Part shown: piece by piece, positions 8,991 through 19,269 of the stretch
How positions within the stretch are numbered: the first letter of the stretch is position 1
Layout: the number at the start of each line of letters is the position of its first letter
DNA from: Octopus sinensis
Lineage: Eukaryota
NCBI RefSeq assembly: GCF_006345805.1
Contig: NW_021836511.1
Span: 1 to 23,882 of the forward strand
Direction: 5' to 3'
DNA length: 23,882 bases
Notes under the pieces: generated by a model
Told to the model about the DNA's origin: nothing
Databases searched by the model: none
The model's input: only the letters and a program-made list of their open reading frames with translations
Position numbers and translations under genes: made by a program

Positions 8991-9523
8991 AAATCAATAA
9001 CGGCTAGATAAAAACTACTTAATTAAAATAATAACTAATCAAATGTCCTAACTACAAAAAAGGTAAATAATCTATTATTAATTAAACTACCAATGGGCCC
9101 TTTACCTGGGAACCACTCAAACTACACAAATAACAAACTGAATTTATATGGAGTTTAAATCAATATATACACCTAAGAACTATAAACATTTAAAATTACT
9201 AAAACAAATACATCGTAACAAAATTATTCTACGTAACACAAAACTTCAATTGCTGCAGAAGATTTAAATGAAACTATTACTTACATCTTTGAACCATTAT
9301 GAGTCAACAGGTGGTAATCAATCCCAATAGAAGTGATGTTCGACATGATAGCGGATGTGACGTTGTACACAACAGTGAATGACAACGTACCAGCGGAAGT
9401 GACACTTGACATAGTAGTGAATGACAACCAACCCACCAAATCGTCTTCACAGTGATTTACGCATAACGTAAAGAAAAACATTCTTTACAGTTCCTTACCA
9501 AGACACAAACTAGAAGTTATTCA

Positions 9524-9943
9524 ATGCGGCGAGCTGGCAGAAACGTTAGCACGCCTAGTGTATTCTATTCGATTTTTTATGTATTGTATTTTATTTTAAA
9601 GTCACATTTATGTAAAATCATATCAATTCCCTGATCCCATCAGTTGTACTGTCCATATCTATGTTTGGCCCCCGGTGGGCAATAAAGAAATTCGTATTTC
9701 GTCTGCCGTTTGTTCTGAGTTCAAATTAGCCGTCGTATATATGTATATATGTATGTGTGTCTGTGTATGTCCCCCCAACATCGCTTGACAACCAATGCTG
9801 GTGTGTTTACGTCCCCGTAACTTAGAATAAGTACTAGGCCTACAGAGAATAAGTCCTGGGGTCGATATGCTCGACTAAAAATGGCGGTGTTCCAGCATGG
9901 CCACAGTCAAATGACTGAAACAAGTACAAGAGTAAAAAGAGTA
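9524..9943 (+). mobile_element. SINE mosaic: family 1 head fragment (9524-9555), family 1 tail/junction (9640-9728), family 2 3' half (9728-9943)
   Basis: Motif matches to the intact copies in this window. Confidence 0.7.
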
Positions 9944-9966
9944 TACTATATATAACAAATAATTAA

Positions 9967-9999
<33 letters not shown>

Positions 10000-10125
10000 T
10001 CTACAATTTGTTTCGATTCATACCCACATTTATTTATATGAATCTCGTCAGAGTAATATTTGTCTACAAAATAGAAAAAAATTCCATGCAAGGACAGCTA
10101 AATCATAAAATAGTAGCCCTTGCTA

Positions 10126-10220
10126 ATCCATAGTAGAAGACACTTGCCCAAGCTGCCATGCAGTGGGACTGAACACGTAACCATGTGACTGGGAGGCTAG
10201 CCTCTTGTCACACAGCCAGT
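10126..10220 (-). mobile_element. SINE family 2, 5' fragment
   Basis: TAGTAGAAGACACTTGCCCAAG..GCAGTGGGACTGAAC..CACACAGCCA. Confidence 0.7.
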
Positions 10221-10251
10221 TAGTTTGATAAATAAAATGCTGGTACGTGCT

Positions 10252-10640
10252 GGAATGGAAGCACTCCGTCGGTTACGACGATGAGGATTCCGGTTGATCC
10301 GAATCAACGGAACAGCCTGCTCGTAAAATTAACGTGTAAGTGGCTGAGCACTCCACAGACAGGTGTACCCTTAACGTAGTTCTCGGGGATATTCAGCGTG
10401 ACACAGAGAGTGACAAGGCCGGCCCTTTGAAATACAGGTACAACAGAAACAGGAAGTAAGAGTGAGAGAAAGTTGTGGTGAAAGAGTACAGCAGGGATTA
10501 CCACCATCCCCTGCCGGAGCCTCGTGGAGCTTTAGGTGTTTTCGCTCAAGAAACACTCACAACGCCCGGTCTGGGAATCGAAACCGCGATCCTATGACCG
10601 CGAGTCCGCTGCCCTAACCACTGGGACATTGTGCCTCCAC
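10252..10640 (-). mobile_element. SINE family 3, tail type 2
   Basis: Same head as 6779-7073 (GTGGAGGCACAATGTCCCAGTGGTTAGGGCAGCGGACTCGCGG). TSD TGGTACGTGCT at 10241-10251 and 10641-10651. Confidence 0.9.
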
Positions 10641-10814
10641 TGGTACGTGCTACGAGAACACTGTATATACCATACTATAAAATATGTCCAGAGATTTTAG
10701 TTCACATCATATGTAATAGACAAGTAAACACTCAGTATTCTTATATAGTTTCTTCATAGATAGAAGACGAAGATCAGCCATAATAGTTTTAACCTTGCAG
10801 TTTTGCGATTTTAT

Positions 10815-11388
10815 TCTTTTCTTCTCTAGGTACAAGGCCCGAAATTTTGGGGGAGGGGGAAAAGTCGATTAGTGCGCAACTGGTGCTTAATTTATCGACC
10901 CCGAAAGGATGAATGGCACAGTCGACCTCGGCGGAATTTGAACTCAGAACGTAGCGGCAGACGAAATACCTATTTCTTTACTACCCACAAGGGGCTAAAC
11001 ACGGAGAGGACAAACAAGGACAGACAAACGGATTAAGTCGATTATATCGACCCCAGTGCCCAACTGGTACTTATTTAATCGACCCCCCAAAGGATGAAAA
11101 GAAAAGTCGACCTCGGCGGAATTTGAACTCAGAACGTAGCGGCAAACGAAATACCTATTTCTTTATTACCCACAAGGGGCTAAACATAGTGGGGACAAAC
11201 AAGGACAGATATGAGTATTAAATCGATTACATCGACCCCAGTGCGTAACTGGTACTTAATTTATCGACCCCAAAAGGATGAATGGCAAAGTCGACCTCGG
11301 CAGAATTTGAACTCAGAACGTAGCGGCAGACGAAATACCGCCAAGCATTTCGCCCGGCGTGCTAACTATTCTGCCAGCTCGCCGCCTT
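10815..11388 (-). mobile_element. SINE family 1 trimer (one head, three tandem bodies)
   Basis: GAAATAC|CTATTTC junctions at 10969/10970 and 11154/11155. Head joins at 11338/11339. Periods are 185 and 184 bp. Confidence 0.92.
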
Positions 11389-11543
11389 GTGTTGCGATTT
11401 TATTAGCAGCTAAGTGCCATCGTTCACTGTTCACTGTGACAGTGTTTTGGTTAAATTCAACAGTATACAACAGAATGTGTTTGGATTTTAAACAACGCTG
11501 TATGTAACAAACAGAAGTAAATGCCTTTTTTTGCTTGTTTATC

Positions 11544-11592
<49 letters not shown>

Positions 11593-11699
11593 TCTTTGTG
11601 AACAGCGATCATCCAGATTAGTCTAAAGCCAATATTACTAATGGCTTAAATAAAATTATAGACTGATTTGCATATATGACGCATTTTTGACAGCTAAAT

Positions 11700-12300
11700 T
11701 TATTAATAAATTATAAGTGCCTTAACAGTATTTCAACATCAGAACAATGTTTGAAATTAATACCATATTTCATAGATTCTTCAAAGTTAAATGAACTCAT
11801 GAATGGGTAGAGTATAAAAACGGTAACTACGACATGCAGTGCATTTGCAGAAGGTCTTAGAAAAGAGAAACCATGAAACCGCTAAAAGTCAGAGCAGAGA
11901 AACAATGAAAAGCCTTAATGAGAGGAGAAATATCTAAGGCAGGAATGGCTGAGCATACATGGTGCGTAAAAGGAAATTATATTCCGCTATTGAACGACAT
12001 TTCCATAATTGATATAGAACTATAGTGGAAACTTAGAAACATCAAAGAAGCAGAATTATAGAGCTTGCCGAGAACTCAATCAGTGAGCTTAATATTAACA
12101 TTGGATCAATATGGTTGCGTTTACTGAAAAATAAATTGAAAAAAAAACCTGTGAATCGTTTCAGAAAATGATGAAGTTCATTTATTCTACCATGGACGAC
12201 TGTCAGTTTGTGTTCCAGGCGCAAGTTTCTCTCCATGGCATAATCATAAAAAAGGTTTTCATGTGGAAGACTAGCTGTCGGCAATGGATGCGAGTCTTCA
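11700..12300 (+). mobile_element. Penelope-like element 3' remnant (GIY-YIG endonuclease pseudogene plus terminal region)
   Basis: One frame from 11732 reads FNIRTMFE..KNGNYDMQCICRRS*KRETMKPLKVRAEKQ*KALMRGEISKAGMAEHTWCVKGNYIPLLNDISIIDIEL*WKLRNIKEA. This matches the Penelope GIY-YIG pattern (C-x-C..Y-x-GET..L..R..EH..S..AEH-W..IID..W..R..KE) with several stops. Confidence 0.8.
12165..12210 (+). ncRNA. Decayed minimal hammerhead motif downstream of the Penelope endonuclease
   Basis: (A)TGATGA-A-GTTCAT(10 nt)ATGGAC-GA--C-TGTC: 6-bp stem II, C3 mutated, two As missing from GAAA. Confidence 0.45.
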
Positions 12301-12367
12301 CATTGTATCTTAGATACAATGTCTGAATTACAAACGGGATGGTCACGACTGAAACATCTTCAATCTT

Positions 12368-12800
12368 GGATCTTTTCGGTTTGAACGGCAGTTTTTTCTA
12401 GCGGTGTCATATGAAATTGTCACCCATAATTATGACCCTAGTATCGATCTATTGCATTTCAATCTGTTTTAGAGTTAGGGTTAGTTAGGGTTAGTGTTAG
12501 GGGTGGGGGGAAGGGTATCTTTTTTTCTTCAGGAATGTAAATAAGCCCAATCTGTTTCTTAAACGAGGGACATATTCATACGGCACAGAATGTTTTCACC
12601 TCAATAGACGTCATTGATTGGTTGAAATTGTAGAAATTGCAGAAAAAAAACATCAAATATCTTACAAACTATAGAATTTTCTCAATAAAGCCAAGAGAAA
12701 AAGATGTTTTATAAACACATTCTACCAGTATACGAAGTTTAAAAGTGTTTAGCTACGTGGAAATTATTTTAAAAAACTGCCGTTCAAACCGAAAAGAGCC
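12368..12800. mobile_element. MITE family A, second copy
   Basis: GGATCTTTTCGGTTTGAACGGCAG...CTGCCGTTCAAACCGAAAAGAGCC. Colinear with 464-855 and has a longer TTAGGG-like tract. No TSD visible. Confidence 0.88.
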
Positions 12801-12869
12801 GGTATAAGTACATCGATGTCCGAATGATTCTACGGATCCGATATTTTTTCTTGAAATATCCTTATTTTA

Positions 12870-13230
12870 TTTTTATTTTAAATGTTTCAGTCATTAGACT
12901 GCGACCATGTTGTGGCATCGCGTTGAATAATCCTAATCGAACCAATTGACACCAGTAATTTCTTTAAGCCTGGTACTAATCCTAGCGGTCTGTTGTGCTA
13001 AATCGCTACGTTACGGGACGTAAACACACCAACGCCGGTTGTCAAGAGGTAGTGGGACACGCGCGCCTGCAACGGTTTTTTTTTTCAGTTTCATTCTATT
13101 TTGCTCGGCTTGAGGCTATAGTAGAAGACACTTGTGCAAGTACCACACAATGGGACTGAACCGGAAACCATGTGGTCGACCGAAGTAAACTTTTTACCAC
13201 ACAACCACGTCTGTGCCTATCCATATGATT
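12870..13230 (-). mobile_element. SINE family 2, old degenerate copy
   Basis: GTTTCAGTCATTAGACTGCGACCATG..GACGTAAACACACC..TAGTAGAAGACACTTG..GGGACTGAACCGGAAACCATGTGG. Confidence 0.75.
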
Positions 13231-13283
13231 TTCAAAGATGCCGGAGGTTCGCACCGAGTATGGGAAGAAGGTATAAAAAACGA

Positions 13284-13690
13284 TGGCTGTGTGGTAAGTA
13301 GCTTGCTAACCAACCACATGGTTCCGGGTTCAGTCCCACTGCGTGGCATCTTGGGCAAGTGTCTTCTGCTATAGCCCCGGGCCGACCAATGCCTTGTGAG
13401 TGGATTTGGTAGACGGAAACTGAAAGAAGCCTGTCGTATATATGTATGTATATGTATGTATGTGTGTGTGTGTGTGTGTTTGTGTGTCTGTGTTTGTCTC
13501 CCTAGCATTGCTTGACAACCGATGCTGGTGTGTTTACATCCCCGTCACTTAGCGGTTCGGCAAAAGAGACCGATAGAATAAGTACTGGGCTTACAAAGAA
13601 TAAGTCCCGGGATCGATTTGCTCGACTAAAGGCGGTGCTCCAGCATGACCGCAGTTAAATGACTGAAACAAGTAAAAGAGTAAAAGAGTA
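13284..13690 (+). mobile_element. SINE family 2, near full length
   Basis: Colinear with 2633-3036, tail AAAAGAGTAAAAGAGTA. Confidence 0.92.
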
Positions 13691-13864
13691 AATATATATG
13701 CAATGAAACATCGTAACAGGCCTCAGTCATATGAGAGGTGCTAGCCTTTCTAGTGCTTTCCACATGTAGATTATCGCATATCTCTCGCCTTCACTTCAGG
13801 GAGTAAAGTTGCAGTTTTCTCAACTTATCCTTGTAGATCATCCGCTGCACTGGTCCAATCCTTT

Positions 13865-14234
13865 TATTATAGTTATTTCTACCCACAAGGGGCTAAACAC
13901 AGACGGGAGAAACAAGGACAGACAAACGGATTAAGTCGATTACATCGACCCCAGTGCGTAACTGGTACTTAATTTATCGACCCCGAAAGGATGAAAGCAC
14001 AGTCGACCTCGGCGGAATATGAACCCAGAACGCAGCGGCAGACGAAATACCTATTTCTTTACTACGTGCAAGGGGCTAAACACAGAGAGGACAATCAAGG
14101 ACAGACAAACGGATTAAGTCGATTACATCGACCCCAGTGCGTAACTGGTACTTAATTTATCGACCCCGAAAGGCAGACGAAATACGGCTACGCATTTCGC
14201 CCGGTGTGCTAACGTTTCTGCCAGCTCGCCGCCT
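13865..14234 (-). mobile_element. SINE family 1 dimer (head-proximal unit internally deleted)
   Basis: GAAATAC|CTATTTC junction at 14050/14051. Deletion junction CCCGAAAGG|CAGACG. Confidence 0.88.
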
Positions 14235-14441
14235 TTCCAGCAATATATTTCTGTCCTCGTGCATGCTCTTACCGCCTCCTTTTAGTATAGTGGCGTTGGA
14301 CTGCCTCAAGCTCCGCTGTTAGTTTGGCACCATGTGGTTACCATAACTAAGAGCAATAGTCCAGGTGCCTGAGAACAAATGTGCTTCAAAGAGTCAGGTG
14401 GAAATATATTTGTTCATCAGTAATGACTTGGGGTAAAACAA

Positions 14442-14943
14442 AAGAGAATACCCTCCATCAGGCATTTGCCATATTCTGAACGCCTTACTTCCCTGGGCAT
14501 GGACACATTGAAACTCAGACGTCTGGCAGCTGACTTGGCAGACAACCATAAAATTATTAACCATCTTACAAACAATAACTCTGAGCACCTTTTCAAACTC
14601 CACCCATCTAACACCCGTGCACATATTTACAAAGTCAGAAAACAGCACAGCTCCCATGACTTTAGGAAACATTTTTTCACGCTAAGAGTTGCTGAAGCAT
14701 GGAACAGACTGCCGGCATCAATTGTTAGTTGTCGGAGCACTGCATCCTTCAAAACTTCCATGCTTCCTGAGATTCGCCAACACTACACCTGATTTTCTCC
14801 CCTCCAGACACACGCAAGCATGTATCTGACTCATACACAGTTCGCTTTCCAGACATTTGTACATTACTACATATACTTTATACACACTCTTTGACAAGTT
14901 GTGGTGCATCTGAGCACTGTATACAATAATTTCATTATATTAT
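14442..14943 (+). mobile_element. CR1/L2-type LINE, 5'-truncated 3' end (RT C-terminus plus 3' UTR)
   Basis: PYSERLTSLGMDTLKLRRLAADL..TRAHIYKV..RKHFFTLRVAEAWNRLP..SFK matches the CR1-clade end motif (Y.ERL..L..L..RR..D..TRGH..K..FF..RV..WN.LP..FK). Ends in an ATT-like tail. Confidence 0.88.
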
Positions 14944-15034
14944 AAAAGCATCAGCATTTTTCTCAACATAAGAGAACCGCCACAGTTACACGAACTTCTA
15001 GAAATGATAACTAAATTTCCCTCCAATCACATAC

Positions 15035-15452
15035 TACTCTCTTTACTCTTTTACTTGTTTCAGTCATTTGACTGTGGCAATACTGGAGCATTGCCTTTAG
15101 TCGAGAAAATCGACCCCAGGACGAATTTTTTGTAAGCCTAGTACTTATTCTATCGGTCTGTTTTGCCGAACTGCTAAGTTACGGGGACGTAAACACACCA
15201 GCATCGGTTGTCAAGCGATGTTCGGGGGAAGGGGGACAAACACAGACACACAAACATATACACACACATACATATATATACATATATACGACGGGCTTCT
15301 TTTAGTTTCCGTTTACCAAATCCACTCACAAGGCTTTGGTCGGCCCGAGGCTATAGCAGAAGACACTTACCCAAGATGCCACGCAGTGGGACTGAACCCG
15401 GAACCATGTGGTTGGTAAGCAAGCTACTTACCACACATCCACTCCTAGGCCT
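15035..15452 (-). mobile_element. SINE family 2, full length
   Basis: Reverse complement colinear with 2633-3036. Confidence 0.92.
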
Positions 15453-15664
15453 ACTGTTATGTTTTTGTTTTTAAAAAAAGGAAATAAAGGATTTTATCAT
15501 AGCATTATACAGACAGCAGCTAAAATTCGGCTGCGTAGCAGCAACATCGCTCCGGACCCAGCTGGAGCAGCTTCAGGAAAGGGAAATGCTTGAATGTCTC
15601 ATACTCGGGTATTTGTTGCTGTACTTTTATAAATGTGAGATTTTCGTAGCAAGACGGGTGATAT

Positions 15665-15931
15665 GAGCATCATCATCACCACATTCATCATCACCATCAT
15701 TTAATTATCATCATCATCATCATCATCATCACTACCACCACCGCCGTCAGCCTCCTCCTCATCATCATCATCATTCTCTGTAGCAGCAGCAGCAGCAGCA
15801 GCAGCTGTAACTGCAAAAAAAGGACAGCAGAAACAGCAAAAACAACAAATTATGCCATAATTTTCAGCTATGATTAGCTTCCACATCATCATCATCACCA
15901 TCTTCCCTGTTGCCGTCGTCACCAACATCAC

Positions 15932-15970
<39 letters not shown>

Positions 15971-16095
15971 TACGAACCTCCTCGCCGTAATAATAATAAT
16001 AATAATAGTGAAAGCGTATTACGCTGACTATCCCCTCCCCTCCCGTCCTCCTCCCCCTCCTCCTCTTCCTATTCATTATCATCATCATCATCATT
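15665..16095. repeat. Compound trinucleotide block (CAT/CAG/CCT/TAA)
   Basis: Direct reading; the source of the poly-M/D/I/A ORFs. Confidence 0.9.
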
Positions 16096-16332
16096 GACAT
16101 CCTGTTGCTCTGAACGTGTTGATGGTGACTGGAGGTAAAAGTGTGGGTGCTCAAATAGGTTGGCGAAGATTGGGTGTGGTGTTAAGGGTACGGCCGTGAC
16201 GTTGGATGTGGAGATGAGGTAATGATTGTTCTTGCAGCGCATTCGCTGTGAAATGATTGCTAAGCTGGATTCGATGTTTAATCAAAATCGTTTGATGCCA
16301 CATCATCAATAATGATGATCACATGCTACGCG

Positions 16333-16515
16333 CCATCCATCCATCCATCCATCCATCCATCCACCCATCCCCATTCATCTCTCTCCATCCATCCATCCAT
16401 ACATACATACATTCACACTGCCATGCTTCCATACTTGAACTGCCAATGGTATCATAGCACATTCCGATCCATCGAAAAACAACTCTCCACAAAACACTAC
16501 TACTACTACTACTAA
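16333..16515. repeat. (CCAT)n, (ACAT)n and (CTA)n microsatellites
   Basis: Direct reading. Confidence 0.9.
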
Positions 16516-16768
16516 GCAATAATTATACCGGGATCTGCTAGAAAGAGCAGCTATATATCCCTCAAATTTCATCGTCTTAAAATTCTCTCTCGCTCATAAA
16601 AAAAAGGCTGGTTGGTTACGGTTAGAATGGCTTTGATCATAGTTCTGTTCGATCAGGATTCACAACAACAACAGCAACAACAACGACACAGAAAGTTCCA
16701 CATAGTCACTCGACTCGCCAGCTAGAAACAGTAGTAAGATTCCTTTCAAATTACATATGAGCATGACA

Positions 16769-17167
16769 TCTTTATATATAAAAGTGAAGTTGTGTGTCTG
16801 TCTCCTACGATTTAGATTCCTAACTACTCCCACATTTTGCGGTGCAGTTTAACCAAAACCATGTATCTTATAGTCGTGATTCATATCGAGCCCTTCTGGG
16901 TATTAGCGCGCGTCTACGATGAGTCTACGATTTAAAAATAAATTTACCATAATTTTTTTCCATTTTAATGCATTTTTTTCGCTAGTATATAAGGGAAGTA
17001 ACTCTCTAAAAATGTCTACGATGAGTCAACGATTTAAAAAAAAAATTACCATCTTTTTTTTTCCATTTTTAATGCAATTTTTTGCTATTTTTTGGCTATA
17101 ACTCTCTAAAAATGCTTATATAGTTATTTCCCTTACAAACCCGAGCAACGCCGGGCGATACTGCTAG
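16769..17167 (+). mobile_element. Non-autonomous Helitron, copy 3 (solo)
   Basis: A|TCTTTATATATAAAAG...CCCGAGCAACGCCGGGCGATACTGCTAG|T. Colinear with 7995-8387 and inserted between A and T. Confidence 0.92.
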
Positions 17168-17175
17168 TATCTAAT

Positions 17176-17382
17176 AATCCTTTCTACTATAGATAGAAAT
17201 TTGGGGAGAGGGACTAGTCGATTACATCGACCCCAGTACGTAACTGGTGCTTAATTTATCGATCCCGTACTGATGAAAGGCAAAGTCGACCTCAGCGGAA
17301 TTTGAACTCAGAACGTAAAGACAGCGGAATACCACTAAGCATTTTGCCCGGCCTACTAACGATTCTACCAGCACGCCGCCTT
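17176..17382 (-). mobile_element. SINE family 1, monomer with short tail type
   Basis: AGTCGATTACATCGACCCCAG..GTCGACCTCAGCGGAATTTGAACTCAGAACG..CCAGCACGCCGCCTT. Confidence 0.85.
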
Positions 17383-17703
17383 AATCGCATATTTAATAAT
17401 ATAGTCCAATATATCACTTAAATAAGGGAATGGTCATGGCTGGAACGTCTAGAATCAGCCAGGCCTGAAATATGGTTAAACATCAACAATGAAATGTCTA
17501 CGCTCACCACCAACAATAAAGACAATCAGTAATTTGAGCCAATGAGAACGCTGTCATTCGGCTTGCTAAAAATAGGAGCCAAATACACCTAAAAAAAAAG
17601 AAGAGGGTCATCTACAGATAATGTAGTCGCATAGACGGGAAAATCATAGCTGAACTGTTTGATATTTGTCTTTGGTTTGCTCAACGATATATGTCCACGT
17701 TTA

Positions 17704-17778
17704 GGTGCAGGCGTGGCGCATCGGCGCAGGCGTGGCGCATCGGCGCAGGCTGGCGCATCGGCGCAGGCCTGGCGCATC
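17704..17778 (+). repeat. 18-19 bp GC-rich tandem repeat x4 derived from the SINE family 2 head
   Basis: Unit GGCGCAGGCGTGGCGCATC starts at 17704, 17723, 17742 and 17760, then runs into GGCGTAGGAGTAGCT. Confidence 0.9.
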
Positions 17779-18190
17779 GGCGTAGGAGTAGCTCTGTATT
17801 AAAAAGCTTGCTTCCCAACCACACGGTTCCGGGTTAAGCCAATTGCGTGGAACCTTGGAAAAGTGGCTTCCACTTTAGCTTCGGGCTGACCGAAGCCTTG
17901 TGAGTGGATATGGCGGACGGAAACTGAAAGAAGCTCGTCATATGTATATGTGTGTGTGTGTGTGTGTGCGCCGCACGCTCGCATTTTTGTGTCAGTATTT
18001 GTCCCCAACACCACCTAATGACCGGTGTTGGTTTGATTACGGCCCCGTAACTTAGCGCTTCGGCAAAAAGAGAACAATAGAATGAGTACAAGGCTTTAAA
18101 AAAAACGAAACAAGTAGTGGAGTTGATTCGTTCGACTATAAACTTTTCAAGGCCCCAGTATGGCCGCAATCTAATGACTGAAAAAGATAG
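17779..18190 (+). mobile_element. SINE family 2, older diverged copy
   Basis: Head, GACGGAAACTGAAAGAAGC core, (TG)n, CCCCGTAACTTAGCG and TAATGACTGAAA tail. Confidence 0.8.
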
Positions 18191-18373
18191 ATGATTAAGC
18201 ATGCCTCATGATCGCTCATTGTGCTAGAAATAGTCATAAATCTCCCTCAAATAACATGCTACGTTGAATAATGTTTGTGGTCGTCTGGTTCCTGTTCATA
18301 GGATGAAAAAAAAATAGAGTAATGGCTAGGAGGGTTTTGATCGTCTGCTCTCGACCGTGTTTAATCAAAGAAT

Positions 18374-18513
18374 AGGCGTGGTTGTGTATTAAGAGGTTTG
18401 CTTCCCCTACCCAACAACATGATTCCGGGTTCAGTCGCACTGCCTGGCAACTTCATCAAGTGTCCTCTATACCTAAGGGCTGACCAAAACCTTGTGAGTG
18501 AATTTTGGTAGAC
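18374..18513 (+). mobile_element. SINE family 2, 5' part, diverged
   Basis: TTCCGGGTTCAGTCGCACTGC..CTTGTGAGTGAATTTTGGTAGAC. Confidence 0.7.
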
Positions 18514-18633
18514 ATTAGATATTTGAAAAAGCCAAAGAGAATTTTGTACATTATTCAAGACTTATAAGTGTCAATCTTCGCACATGAAATTCTTATGTTT
18601 TCTTTTAATTCTTCTCTAACACTTCTCCAACAA

Positions 18634-19060
18634 GCGACAGGAGTGGCTGTGCGGTAAATAGCTTGCTTACCAACCACATGGTTCCGGGTTCAGTCCCACT
18701 GCGTGGCACCTTGGGCAAGTGTCTTCTACTATAGCCTCGGGCCGACCAAAGCATTGTGAGTGGATTTGGTAGACGGAAACTGAAAGAAGCCTGTCGTACA
18801 TATATATATGTGTGTGTGTGTGTGTGGTGTGTGTGTGTCTGTATGTGTGTGTGCGTGTTTGTGCGTCTGTGTTTGTCCTCCCAACATCACTTGACAACCG
18901 ATGCTGGTGTGTTTACGTCCCCGTATCTTAGCGGTTCAGCCAAAGTGACCGATAGAATAAGTACTAGGCTTACAAAGAATAAGTCCTGGGGTTGATTTCC
19001 TCGACTAAAGGCGGTGCTCCAGCATGGCCGCAGTCAAATGACTGAAACAAGTAAAGGAGT
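18634..19060 (+). mobile_element. SINE family 2, full length
   Basis: Colinear with 2633-3036. Confidence 0.92.
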
Positions 19061-19062
19061 AT

Positions 19063-19133
19063 TATTCAGGTCACTGATTGGAATCGAACTCGGAATCTTG
19101 GGGTTAGTAACCCCCACTCTTAACCACTACGCC
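19063..19133 (-). mobile_element. tRNA-derived SINE head fragment (additional family)
   Basis: Minus strand GGCGTAGTGGTTAAGAGTG..CCGAGTTCGATTCC has A- and B-box-like motifs. Confidence 0.6.
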
Positions 19134-19172
19134 CGATGAAAGCTGGAGGGTATATCAGCCGAAACGTTGTGT
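19129..19172 (+). ncRNA. Minimal hammerhead motif with one core substitution
   Basis: CCGATGA(U4>C)-A-AGCTG(GAGGGTATAT)CAGCC-GAAA-CGTT-GTG, with the same AACGTT palindrome as 5070-5104. Confidence 0.6.
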
Positions 19173-19269
19173 TAACAACAAACAAGATGAGGACAAATAT
19201 CCGTCAAATGTAAATAATGTAAATAATGTAAATAATTCCTCATCTCTTAAATGTAGAACCGTCTTACAA

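Noticed and set aside
9000-9520. Coding-like AT-rich stretch (MEFKSIYTPKNYKHLKLLKQ..; ORF 9281-9481)
   Set aside because: Might be a retroelement ORF remnant, but I find no diagnostic motif
10815-11388. Regularly spaced repeats that superficially resemble a CRISPR array
   Set aside because: Whole 184-bp units repeat with no unique spacers; eukaryotic SINE context and no cas genes
17266-17280. CTGATGAAAGG inside a SINE
   Set aside because: A mutated form of the SINE consensus AGGATGAAAGG, not a ribozyme
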